A DNA stretch of 64,000 bases, taken from NCBI GenBank assembly GCA_964582615.1, contig CAZORP010000005.1, forward strand, positions 11,994 through 75,993, given 5' to 3'. Below the pieces are notes generated by a model. The model made no database searches. It was not told the origin of the DNA and saw only the letters and a program-made list of their open reading frames with translations. Within the stretch, counting starts at the first letter, position 1. The number at the start of each line of letters is the position of its first letter. The translations under genes and the position numbers were made by a program. Shown here in pieces: positions 30,311 through 39,223 of this stretch. This DNA comes from an uncultured Gammaproteobacteria bacterium. GTDB taxonomy: Bacteria > Patescibacteriota > Patescibacteriia > UBA9934.

Positions 30311-31066
30311 TTAAGACTTTTTCTGACGATCGTGTACCTTTTCAAGAACTTCTTTTGCGTAACCAAAGCCGTAACGAAAACCATCGTGACGAATTGGACC
30401 AAAAAAGAGCAGGTGAAGTTCAGCGAGGGCGTATTTTATGGCCATACCAAGCCTTCCATCACGCTCTTGTCGTCGCGTTGTTACCGCAATGGAAATACCA
30501 TCAAGAAAACCAAACCTTCCTCGCTTTGCGGCACGACCCGCATAGTCATGATCTTCACAAAATCGTACAGTTTCATCAAAACCACCCACTTCATTATGAA
30601 GTTCTTTTTTTACAAACATGCAAAATCCCGGAGCGTGAGCATGTACACTCCCCCAAAGTCTTACATATCTATTGTAAAAAGCATGAACTGCCCGATCAAA
30701 AGCGTTCCCATGAGGAACAATAACGTCAACCGTAGCAATGGCAAGATCTCGTCGGGAAAACTGCTCGAGTCCGCGCTCAAGAAAATCGTTCTGCGGTAAA
30801 AGAACATCAGCATCAAGAAAAAGGATGATATCCCCCATCGCCGCACGTGCGCCAGCATTTCTCCCCGGTCCCGGCATGCCACCCTTCACCACACGACATC
30901 CATATTGCCCAGCAAGAGTGACCGTCCCATCAGTACTCCCCGCGTCGGCAATAATAATTTCATCCGGTTGCAACGTCTGCTGTTTGATACTTTCAAGAAG
31001 AATGGGGAGAAAATGCTCCTCGTTTTTTGCAGGAATAACAATTGAAAGACGTTGCATATAGCCCAT
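30311..31066 (-). CDS. Family-2 glycosyltransferase (GT-A fold)
   Basis: LSIVIPAKNEE...IIIADAGSTDGT...LFLDADV (DxD). Confidence 0.8.
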   Translation of the reverse strand: MGYMQRLSIVIPAKNEEHFLPILLESIKQQTLQPDEIIIADAGSTDGTVTLAGQYGCRVVKGGMPGPGRNAGARAAMGDIILFLDADVLLPQNDFLERGLEQFSRRDLAIATVDVIVPHGNAFDRAVHAFYNRYVRLWGSVHAHAPGFCMFVKKELHNEVGGFDETVRFCEDHDYAGRAAKRGRFGFLDGISIAVTTRRQERDGRLGMAIKYALAELHLLFFGPIRHDGFRYGFGYAKEVLEKVHDRQKKS

Positions 31067-31134
31067 ATCATGCAGAAGACCTCAAAAAAAGACAATGACT
31101 TGAGAAAAGTCGCGGGTTCTGGCAGGCTACTTTC

Positions 31135-31569
31135 ATGATCGTCATCGCGCATAACATTCGAAGCATGCACAACGTTGGAGCAATCTTCCGATCTGCGGCA
31201 TGTTTTGGTATTGAGAAAATTTTTCTCACCGGATATACCCCAACTCCCCCAAGAAAGGAGATTGCCAAGGTCGCACTTGGAGCGGAGCGCATTGTCGCCT
31301 GGGAATCCTGTGCGATACACGAAGCAATCGAAATCTGCAAGAACTTAGACTTTAGCGTCTTCGCACTCGAGCAAACACCGTCGGCAGAAATTCTCTCCCC
31401 AAAAAACAATCTTCGCATTGCGCTCATTCTTGGCAATGAAGTCACCGGCGTCGAATCTGAAGTTCTTGCACATTGCGATGGAAGTTTCGTGATTCCCATG
31501 GAACAAAAACAATCGCTCAATGTTTCGGTTGCCGCGGGGGTTGCGATGTTTATCCTCAAAAATTCGTAA
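31135..31569 (+). CDS. SpoU/TrmH-family RNA 2'-O-methyltransferase (TrmL-like, ~145 aa)
   Basis: Motifs IVIAHNIRSMHNVGAIFRSAACFG and LILGNEVTGV...SLNVSVAAGVAMF. Confidence 0.75.
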   Translation: MIVIAHNIRSMHNVGAIFRSAACFGIEKIFLTGYTPTPPRKEIAKVALGAERIVAWESCAIHEAIEICKNLDFSVFALEQTPSAEILSPKNNLRIALILGNEVTGVESEVLAHCDGSFVIPMEQKQSLNVSVAAGVAMFILKNS

Positions 31570-31607
31570 GAGTTGCAAAAATTTGCTACGCTCGCAAAGG
31601 AGGTGAC

Positions 31608-31991
31608 ATGGCAAGACCCTGGACGACACCCTGCGTCGGCAGGATGATCACCCGCCGATGCTTAGAACTCCCCCAGAGCCGACTGGGGAGAATTCAGCTC
31701 CTAGGAGATCTCATACTCCTCGGAGCTGTGCTCGACGAAGAGCTCGTCGAGCTTTCGTGCAACAAGCAGGTCGACGCGAAATTCTCCTCCCGCGAAGCCT
31801 CGGCAACGCTTCGCGTCATGGAGGCCCTCGGTCGCGATGATGAGCAGCCCGCGAGCTACGAGTGCCAAGAAGCACTCGTTGGTGCTATCAGCGCCCTAAC
31901 GACGCCTCAGGGCGAGTTCATGCTCGGGGTATGGACTTTCAGGGGTATCTACCTCCTCGCTCCCCTGGATTCTTTGCCGGAGGAGTGTTAG
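31608..31991 (+). CDS. Small GC3-rich hypothetical protein (127 aa) with a perfect SD and its own terminator; possibly horizontally acquired
   Basis: AAGGAGGTGA lies 1 nt upstream of the ATG. Codon third positions are strongly G/C, unlike neighbouring genes. A hairpin terminator lies at 31993-32026. Confidence 0.4.
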   Translation: MARPWTTPCVGRMITRRCLELPQSRLGRIQLLGDLILLGAVLDEELVELSCNKQVDAKFSSREASATLRVMEALGRDDEQPASYECQEALVGAISALTTPQGEFMLGVWTFRGIYLLAPLDSLPEEC

Positions 31992-32026
31992 GCTAACGTC
32001 CAATACTCTTGGACGTTTCTTTTTTT

Positions 32027-33196
32027 ATGTCATCACCAACCCTTTGCCCAAACGCCGACGTCTGCGGAAGTTGCGGATGGAGCCATATTGCCTACGAACA
32101 TCAGCTCACACAAAAACAAGCCGATATCAATGCCTCCTTCGCGCTCAAGGAACTCCCCTATACCGTAAATGCCATACACGCATCTCCAAAAATCGATCAC
32201 TATCGTAACCGCATGGATTTTGTCATCGATTGGCAAGGCAGTGTGGGACTACGCGAACAAGGAAAGTGGTGGCGCGTCATTGATAATCACCCCTGCTTCC
32301 TCGCCGATGAGCGAATTGATGAACTCTTTGCCGTGTGTCGATCTTGGGCGAAAACCTGCGGACTCTCTTTCTTTGATCGAAAGGCAATAACAGGAACTTT
32401 GCGCTACGCGGTTATTCGCACAACAACACAAAAAGAAAGCATGGTAACTATTGTCACGAGTGCTCCGGAAAATTCTGAACACGAGATTCGCATTACCGCT
32501 ACGCTCCACGATCTCGTGAAGAATCTTGAAGACACCCATAAAGATGGCCATCTTACCGTACTTTGGGCGATTAACCACACCCCATCGGACGTTTCACATG
32601 GAGGGGAGTATCGCATTATTTCAGGAAAGGGATTTATTGAGGAAGAAATCGCCAATGTACGCTATCGCATTTCACCAAACGCCTTCTTCCAAACTAATCC
32701 GCATGCCGCCCCCCTTCTTCTTGATGCCGTAACTCGAGCCCTCGGAGATCTCTCGGGAAAAACCTTCCTTGATCTTTACTGCGGAACAGGATTCTTCTCC
32801 CTTGCACTTGCAGGCAAGGCAAAAAAAACTCTTGGTATCGAAATCGTTCCAGAAGCTATCGATGACGCACGGCAAAATGCAATGATCAATCATCTTGAAG
32901 ACAAGGTCACCTACCTTGCACAACCCACTGAACAGGTCGATTGGCTAAGCTATCAACCCGACATCGTACTTCTTGATCCTCCACGTGCAGGACTTCATCC
33001 CTCAACGCTTGAAACCCTCAAGGATCCTCGGGCACCTCAAGATATTGTTTACGTGTCTTGCAACTATAAAAATCTTGCACGAGAAATGGCACTCCTTAAG
33101 GAGTTTTATACCGTAACCTTCATGGAGGCTATTGACATGTTTCCCCACACACCACACGTTGAAGTTGTTGCAACTCTTAAAAAACGCTCCTCCTAG
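32027..33196 (+). CDS. 23S rRNA (uracil-5-)-methyltransferase RlmD/RumA-like (Fe-S cluster plus class I SAM methyltransferase)
   Basis: Cys cluster CPNADVCGSCGW; SAM motif LDLYCGTGFFSLALAG; VLLDPPRAG. The ATG at 32027 is preferred over the TTG at 32009, which lies inside the upstream terminator. Confidence 0.85.
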   Translation: MSSPTLCPNADVCGSCGWSHIAYEHQLTQKQADINASFALKELPYTVNAIHASPKIDHYRNRMDFVIDWQGSVGLREQGKWWRVIDNHPCFLADERIDELFAVCRSWAKTCGLSFFDRKAITGTLRYAVIRTTTQKESMVTIVTSAPENSEHEIRITATLHDLVKNLEDTHKDGHLTVLWAINHTPSDVSHGGEYRIISGKGFIEEEIANVRYRISPNAFFQTNPHAAPLLLDAVTRALGDLSGKTFLDLYCGTGFFSLALAGKAKKTLGIEIVPEAIDDARQNAMINHLEDKVTYLAQPTEQVDWLSYQPDIVLLDPPRAGLHPSTLETLKDPRAPQDIVYVSCNYKNLAREMALLKEFYTVTFMEAIDMFPHTPHVEVVATLKKRSS

Positions 33197-33258
33197 GGGC
33201 GTTTTTCTATCCTCACGAACTATTTTTTTCACGAGAAAACAACGTATACTTACCATGT

Positions 33259-34938
33259 ATGCTGAAAGAAAGTCCCAATGCCACAAAAGAACGCGTAGAA
33301 CGTCCCCACGAAATAGAGCACATTCTTACGATACTTAGCGACATCGCCGCATCAGATGACATTCATCACCGTGCATTTGGCGCCTTTTGCAAGACATTTC
33401 TTAGTACCAACGAAAAAGCGTCTTTGGAAAAACTCTCAACACTCCTTGATTACTATCAGGGCATCTTCAGCGCCCCCACATCTCCAGAAGAGAATATTGC
33501 AAAGCTTAAGACCATCTTTGAATGCGCTGACTACATGGGACTATCTACACAGGCACACATTGAGGCAAAGGATCTCATCGGCGCCTTTGAGGATTTCTGC
33601 GTTCTTGAAAAATTTCTCACCCTCTGCAACCTCTCGCTTACTTCAAGCACTGAAGAAATCTCCCAGAGAATACCAAAAACAGCTCGTGACGAAGTATACG
33701 CCAACCTGCCATCTTCAGAAAAAAGAGCACTACAACGAGTGGTTATCCATCGACACAGACTTTTCCACATCTTCTCAAACTTTTTTTCAGCACAAAAAAA
33801 CCTTCACTATATCTGCAAAAAAATCAATGATCTCTTTTTAAAAGAAGATCGACAATCACTTCTTGCAGAAGAATTCTCATGCGAAGAAGATGATGTAGTC
33901 TTCTCACTTGCAGACGCAGAAGCCTTGGCAAATAAAGGCAAGCTTTTTTCCGTTCTTTACTTGGATTATGCGCATGGCAATGATCTAAACCTTAGAAGAT
34001 ATCCATACCTTCAAAAGCTCATACAACACCCTCAAATTAAAACAAATCCCGTCATCATTGGAGACGTCTCTATTTTCGAAGAATTTCACGCAGAACCACT
34101 TCTCTCACGAGCGATCTTTAGAGGGAGTGTGATGTTATTAAACTTGGAAAAGAATATTCATCTTAACTATGGAAAACTTATCTACGCAAAACCCGCCCTG
34201 GAAATGCCACTAACTGAAGAAGCCAAAAAAGAACCGGAACCACTGCTTCCTATGCATATTCAAGGAAAGGGAACTGTGTGCATGGAACTACCTTGCAACG
34301 TTAACCTCGACCCGGGTATTTACGAGACAACATTCAAAAGTACATGGTATGCATCAACGCTACCATCATCAACTCACATCATTATCGATACAGATATCGC
34401 AGACCCAGAAACATGCACGCTCCCGAGCGATCTCAGAAAACTAACCCTTCGAAGCGAAGGTGGCCTTAGATACATCAACAAACAACTCCTCTCATCTCTC
34501 ACCGATCTTACCGTCGAAACTCACATGTCAGAAAGTCACCGGATTCGAGAAGCACAAAGTCTTATAAACCTCACCCTTGCATACCCACTCGCATTAAAAG
34601 AATGCTATTCATCATCGCTTCTCTGTCTTGAAATAAAAAATCTTGGGCACAAATCCCCCACTGAACTCCCCAGCATTCCTCACCTCATTCTTCATGTCAC
34701 TCCAAATACCCCAAGCATCACGATACCTCAAGAAACCCGGCGTCTCACACTCCTCTTCGAGAGCACGCCAGCAGTGGAATTCAATTATCGTTCTACATCA
34801 GTAGCGAATCCCGTATCATTTAATGCGCGATCTTATCAAACATTCTTCTCGGGTCTCAAACTTCCACAAGAAACCCGCGTCGTCATTCCTTTGCGTGAAG
34901 CTCGGGAAGCCTATGAGAAATTTTTAAAAAATAGCTAA
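33259..34938 (+). CDS. Tandem paralogue 1 of a lineage-specific LRR-like protein family (559 aa)
   Basis: Shares its architecture with the next two genes: N-terminal helical region with the F(S)C(E/K)EEDVV motif, C-terminal ~22-24-aa L-rich repeats, C-terminal EAREAYEKFLKN. Confidence 0.7.
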   Translation: MLKESPNATKERVERPHEIEHILTILSDIAASDDIHHRAFGAFCKTFLSTNEKASLEKLSTLLDYYQGIFSAPTSPEENIAKLKTIFECADYMGLSTQAHIEAKDLIGAFEDFCVLEKFLTLCNLSLTSSTEEISQRIPKTARDEVYANLPSSEKRALQRVVIHRHRLFHIFSNFFSAQKNLHYICKKINDLFLKEDRQSLLAEEFSCEEDDVVFSLADAEALANKGKLFSVLYLDYAHGNDLNLRRYPYLQKLIQHPQIKTNPVIIGDVSIFEEFHAEPLLSRAIFRGSVMLLNLEKNIHLNYGKLIYAKPALEMPLTEEAKKEPEPLLPMHIQGKGTVCMELPCNVNLDPGIYETTFKSTWYASTLPSSTHIIIDTDIADPETCTLPSDLRKLTLRSEGGLRYINKQLLSSLTDLTVETHMSESHRIREAQSLINLTLAYPLALKECYSSSLLCLEIKNLGHKSPTELPSIPHLILHVTPNTPSITIPQETRRLTLLFESTPAVEFNYRSTSVANPVSFNARSYQTFFSGLKLPQETRVVIPLREAREAYEKFLKNS

Positions 34939-34941
34939 TGT

Positions 34942-36633
34942 ATGAAGCGTGAGTTAATGCCAAAAAATCCCGAGCGAGACCAATCGACGCAGGAAAAAAA
35001 TCTTCTCATCCTTGAAAAAAACCTTGAAGAGATGGAGAAGTATCCAACACTTCACAATGCCGCATTTGCTCGTTTTTGTCGTAAATTTTTAGTAAATCTT
35101 TCGCCTTACAACGTCGAAACTACTAGCGTGCTTCTTGATATCTGGAAAACGCATTACTTAAAAAATACACCCCCATTCTCACAAGAGAGTAATCGCGTTG
35201 AGCAACTATTCCTAGAATACAAAGACTTTTTTAAAGAAAAAAATCTCTCCATTCAAGAGCTTTTTATCGCCATTGACGACCTCTGTACTATAGATTCTTT
35301 TCTCAAGTTATCAGGTCTCTCACTAGACTCAACTAGCCAAGATATACGGACAAAGTTTGCAGGAAAAATATCAATCTTTGAAGATCTCCCAAATGATCAT
35401 CAGCAAAGATTAAAAAAATCTCTCCTCATGCGTGCGCGAGTGCAGTATTTTTTTGATAAAGATATCTTTAAAAATTTAGAAGATATTTGCTTAGAACTCG
35501 AATATTCTCTCTCAGAAGAAGACGCTAAGGGGCTTCTTGCTGATCTCTTTTCTTGCAAAGAAGAAGACGTTGTCTGTACGAAAGAAGATCTCTACAGAGT
35601 CTTAACTGAAAAAAAATATCCACGCGTATTCTACGCGCTCTATTCTCAGAAAAATTTCCCAGAAGTCATAAACTTTGAGGACGTCGATATTTCAGCCATT
35701 GAAGAACGCTACAATGCGAATTGTAAGAGAATGTATTTCGTGGGGAATATTGATCTACGGAAACAAGAGACCGCGGAACGTGTCTGCACTTTTGGTATTT
35801 TTCAAGGAAATGTACGACTAAGTGACGTTCAACCGAGCAGTATGCGTCTGCACTACGCCAATATCACGTACTGCGACAGTGAGCTTGGCGAAGAGACCAC
35901 TGAACCATCTTCCTGTGAAGTTGCAGGATATGGATCCATATCCGTCCATCGACCACTTAAAGATCTCGCACTTGGAGCGGGAATATATCACCTAGAACTC
36001 TCTAGTCCTGTTTCACGATTACTACAGGTTCCATATCTACAAAGCCTTGATCTTTCCTTTTCAAAAATTCCTCAGTCCATTGAAATCAACCCCCACCTCA
36101 AAACTCTTATCTTGCAAAATACCGAGAGTAGAATTTGGACAGAAATCCTTCCCATTGACAACCTCACAAGCCTCACCATGCGAGGTGTTAATAGAAGCAA
36201 CTTCCCCACCCAAGAAACCATCGCCTCTAAGGCACGCGGCCTTATGCATCTTGATCTGGAGCGCGGCTTATCAATAGTGGAAGCTTACCCAAAAAATCTT
36301 CAAAACCTCACGATGCGAGAAATTTCAGGACCAATATTTGGTAAAAAACTCGAAATTCCCACCGTACCAAACGTAACGCTTTACGTAAAGCCAACCAACG
36401 CTCCTCCAGAACTACCAGAAGACATCTCCAATCTCACAATACTATTCCCACAAAGTACCCCACCACAAAACACTATCCCGCGGGGAGTAAAAAGACTATC
36501 ATCCCATTATCAAGTGTCTGGGGATGGCCATGCGCAAAGTTTTCCAAATTTCACCCAAGAAAATCACGCTCCCCGCGTACTTACTAACGATGAGGCCCGA
36601 AAGGCTTATAAGGATTTTTTTAAAAATGGCTAA
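34942..36633 (+). CDS. Tandem paralogue 2 (563 aa), LRR-like C-terminal repeats
   Basis: The start context TAAtgtATGAAGCGTGA is conserved with paralogue 3. Repeats NLTSLTMRG.., NLQNLTMRE.., NLTILFP.. Confidence 0.7.
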   Translation: MKRELMPKNPERDQSTQEKNLLILEKNLEEMEKYPTLHNAAFARFCRKFLVNLSPYNVETTSVLLDIWKTHYLKNTPPFSQESNRVEQLFLEYKDFFKEKNLSIQELFIAIDDLCTIDSFLKLSGLSLDSTSQDIRTKFAGKISIFEDLPNDHQQRLKKSLLMRARVQYFFDKDIFKNLEDICLELEYSLSEEDAKGLLADLFSCKEEDVVCTKEDLYRVLTEKKYPRVFYALYSQKNFPEVINFEDVDISAIEERYNANCKRMYFVGNIDLRKQETAERVCTFGIFQGNVRLSDVQPSSMRLHYANITYCDSELGEETTEPSSCEVAGYGSISVHRPLKDLALGAGIYHLELSSPVSRLLQVPYLQSLDLSFSKIPQSIEINPHLKTLILQNTESRIWTEILPIDNLTSLTMRGVNRSNFPTQETIASKARGLMHLDLERGLSIVEAYPKNLQNLTMREISGPIFGKKLEIPTVPNVTLYVKPTNAPPELPEDISNLTILFPQSTPPQNTIPRGVKRLSSHYQVSGDGHAQSFPNFTQENHAPRVLTNDEARKAYKDFFKNG

Positions 36634-36636
36634 TGT

Positions 36637-38340
36637 ATGAAGCGTGAACTGGCGCCAGTGGAAACACTGAAGAGCGAAAGGCTTTTACTTGAAAAAAACT
36701 TTTCCTCCTGCGAATTTCATCCAAGAATGGAGATGCGCCTTTTTTCTTCATGGCTAAAAACCTTTCTCTACCCCATCCCAAAGACTGAAGCTGTCTGCGC
36801 CGTCATGCTTGACTTCATGCACGAATTTTTTGCAACGTACCGCGAAGAAAATGACATCCTCGCGCAAAAAGAGCCTCCAAAAACACTTCTTGATCTGGAA
36901 GAATCCCTCAAGCAAGAATTTCCCACGCTATCTCTACGAGAAATGTTTTCTTCGCTTCAACATCTTCTTCGACTCAAGCATCTTTTCCAAGAAATTCAGG
37001 TAAAGCATCTCCTAACGCAGAGAGATCGCTATGTTGGAAAAGATACGCTCACACGTATTCGTCAGGCCATCGGAGAGTATCTCCTGAAAAAGTCTGAAGA
37101 AGAAAAATTTCTCATCCTTGAGGCGCTCTGGAGCACTTCTCTTATCCGCTACCATTTCGGTAACGAAGAATTCTCGGACATAGATCAGGAATGTGCCGTA
37201 TTGCTAAGAAATGAGTACACCGTTACCGAGAGTGGAACTGCGCTCACGAAAAAATATTTTGCTCGCCGTTTTTCCTGCAAGGAAGAGGAGGTTATCGAAT
37301 TTAATGCTTTTAATATCGGACATACACTCATCCCAGATTCTCAGATAAAGGTTATCTATTATTCACGATCAAAGCACAATCCCGCTTTCAGCGAACTTGA
37401 GACAAGAGATGTCATGACCTTCCAAAATAACCTTCTCTCAAGACTTGAAAGCGAATCCACAATAGCCTTCTTTGGATCTGTAGAAGTTATGCCATCGGGA
37501 AATACCGGGAATGCGGATATGTACATAAACACGCTCCGCAACCATCAGTTCTTCTGCAGTAAACTCGATCTCCGCAACACCATTCCCAACATTCACCTCG
37601 CACAAGGAGGAGAAATTTCCATTAGTGGAAACATTCCAGGAAGCAATCAAGAGCGCATCTTCTCGGGAAAGATTACACACCTTATTCTTGACAGAAGTAC
37701 TCAGTGGCAGAACATAACCATCATGCCAGGCGCGAAGCACGTTACCATCAACGCATCATCCGCAGACATTCATCTTCCCAACTTTCTTCCTGAACTCACC
37801 TTAAAAGATACCGTCAATGGAGAAAATATTTTTCCACCAAAATCCATTGGCAAACTTGTTCTTTCCGAAAGAACAGAAAACCTCTTCCCCGGATCGGTAC
37901 AGCCCTCAATACAACACCTTGTCCTTGAAAAAACCAACTTTATCCCAAAGAATATCGCCAATATTTCAGCATTTGACGGAGAACTTCCCAAAGAAGGCCT
38001 TCCCCGAGGCATTACAACACTCATCCTTCCCGCACAACAGTCGCAAAAAACCACCTACCCCGAACATGTCATTACTTTTGGCATACGGTGCTCTCAAACA
38101 AGGATTCCAAAGACCCCCATTCCACAAACCTGCAGAGCACTCCTCATTTTTCCCAAAGTAACAAGCAATGACGTCACACGACAAGATCTTGAAAAATTTT
38201 TTAAAGATTTCTCAACACTCTCCATCCCCAGAAACGTTGAGCGTATTATCTTTAAAAATCCTCGTTATCAAGAATATTATACCGAGGTCTTCACAGGAAA
38301 AAATTCTCCAAAAGATCGTCATGAGCGTAAAGAATTTTAA
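36637..38340 (+). CDS. Tandem paralogue 3 (567 aa)
   Basis: MKRELAP.. N-terminus, FSCKEEEVIEF motif, L-rich C-terminal repeats. The terminator at 38341-38366 follows. Confidence 0.7.
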   Translation: MKRELAPVETLKSERLLLEKNFSSCEFHPRMEMRLFSSWLKTFLYPIPKTEAVCAVMLDFMHEFFATYREENDILAQKEPPKTLLDLEESLKQEFPTLSLREMFSSLQHLLRLKHLFQEIQVKHLLTQRDRYVGKDTLTRIRQAIGEYLLKKSEEEKFLILEALWSTSLIRYHFGNEEFSDIDQECAVLLRNEYTVTESGTALTKKYFARRFSCKEEEVIEFNAFNIGHTLIPDSQIKVIYYSRSKHNPAFSELETRDVMTFQNNLLSRLESESTIAFFGSVEVMPSGNTGNADMYINTLRNHQFFCSKLDLRNTIPNIHLAQGGEISISGNIPGSNQERIFSGKITHLILDRSTQWQNITIMPGAKHVTINASSADIHLPNFLPELTLKDTVNGENIFPPKSIGKLVLSERTENLFPGSVQPSIQHLVLEKTNFIPKNIANISAFDGELPKEGLPRGITTLILPAQQSQKTTYPEHVITFGIRCSQTRIPKTPIPQTCRALLIFPKVTSNDVTRQDLEKFFKDFSTLSIPRNVERIIFKNPRYQEYYTEVFTGKNSPKDRHERKEF

Positions 38341-38366
38341 AACCACCCAAGATCTGGGTGGTTTTT
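38341..38366. terminator. Bidirectional intrinsic terminator
   Basis: aaCCACCCaagatctGGGTGGttttt. Confidence 0.8.
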
Positions 38367-38898
38367 ATTCAATCAAGGAAACTCTTGAAGAACAAGGCTC
38401 CTCAATATTTTCTTGTGGCGTGATGTAGACACGGTACGTGGAGACTTCGCGAGCAAATGCTTCCGTTACCCGACTCGCATCGTTTGTGGAAAGTGTCACA
38501 AGTGAACGACTCTGCTGTGGATTAAAAAACTCTTCCTCCAATCGATTGTCATTGCTTGCAAGAAGCTGAAACGTCGGACACGATACCTCACCATCATGCA
38601 TCCATAAACTCTCTTCAAGAGGCGCGAGCGTCATCGTCGCAACTCCAGCAAGACGTTGCGAGGCGTTATCGTAAACAAGACAACGTCGACCAACGTCACA
38701 CGACGTGTCTGCATAGCGAAGTGTATACACCGTTTCCTGCAATGCATGTAGCGTCTTGACGACTCGCAAGTAATTTTCTGTCATGATACGCAAAACAACC
38801 ACAACGAGCGCTAGCGTAATGACCGTCAAAAGCCACATCCTCCACTCACGAGCGGAGGATGTTTTAGCAAGAGGTATCTTAACCTTGCTCCGCAACAT
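38365..38898 (-). CDS. Membrane-anchored hypothetical protein (single TM after a W-R-M-W motif, ~150-aa extracytoplasmic domain)
   Basis: ..SAREWRMWLLTVITLALVVVVL.. The start at 38898 was chosen by alignment to its upstream paralogue. Confidence 0.45.
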   Translation of the reverse strand: MLRSKVKIPLAKTSSAREWRMWLLTVITLALVVVVLRIMTENYLRVVKTLHALQETVYTLRYADTSCDVGRRCLVYDNASQRLAGVATMTLAPLEESLWMHDGEVSCPTFQLLASNDNRLEEEFFNPQQSRSLVTLSTNDASRVTEAFAREVSTYRVYITPQENIEEPCSSRVSLIE

Positions 38899-39094
38899 AT
38901 CCCGTGTCACGCAATTGCATGATGCGGTTGGTGAGTGCATTATTCTGCTTCATAAGAAGCACCATAACGAGCAATGAGAATGCGAGCGCGGCACATGTGA
39001 GAATCCACATACGCCATGATCCATTATTTGCCACTGACGAGCTTTGTGACTCGCGATTTTTTACCGTTGAACGAACTCCTCCTTGTTTTTTCAT
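38879..39094 (-). CDS. Short membrane-anchored paralogue (~71 aa) of the preceding gene
   Basis: ..NNGSWRMWILTCAALAFSLLVMVLL.. has the same N-terminal architecture and a truncated ectodomain. Confidence 0.4.
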   Translation of the reverse strand: MKKQGGVRSTVKNRESQSSSVANNGSWRMWILTCAALAFSLLVMVLLMKQNNALTNRIMQLRDTGYVAEQG

Positions 39095-39223
39095 ATATAC
39101 GCAGTATAGCATATCTTTTTCACGCTTGTGCATGAGGTTGGGGGTTGCATTTTTTTAAAAAAATGTGTATATTCTTTGTCTTATTTTTGGCGCGCAAACA
39201 TACTGCGCGATAACCTCGACACT

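Noticed and set aside
31068-31559. 163-aa minus-strand ORF overlapping the SpoU methyltransferase gene
   Set aside because: The plus-strand frame carries clear SpoU/TrmH motifs; the antisense ORF is a GC-driven artefact.
34925-36660. Near-identical short sequences at the junctions of the three tandem paralogues, checked as a possible CRISPR-like or repeat array
   Set aside because: Only two junction copies ~1.7 kb apart flanking full-length genes. These are conserved stop/start contexts of tandem duplicates, not CRISPR repeats. No CRISPR array was found anywhere in the window.
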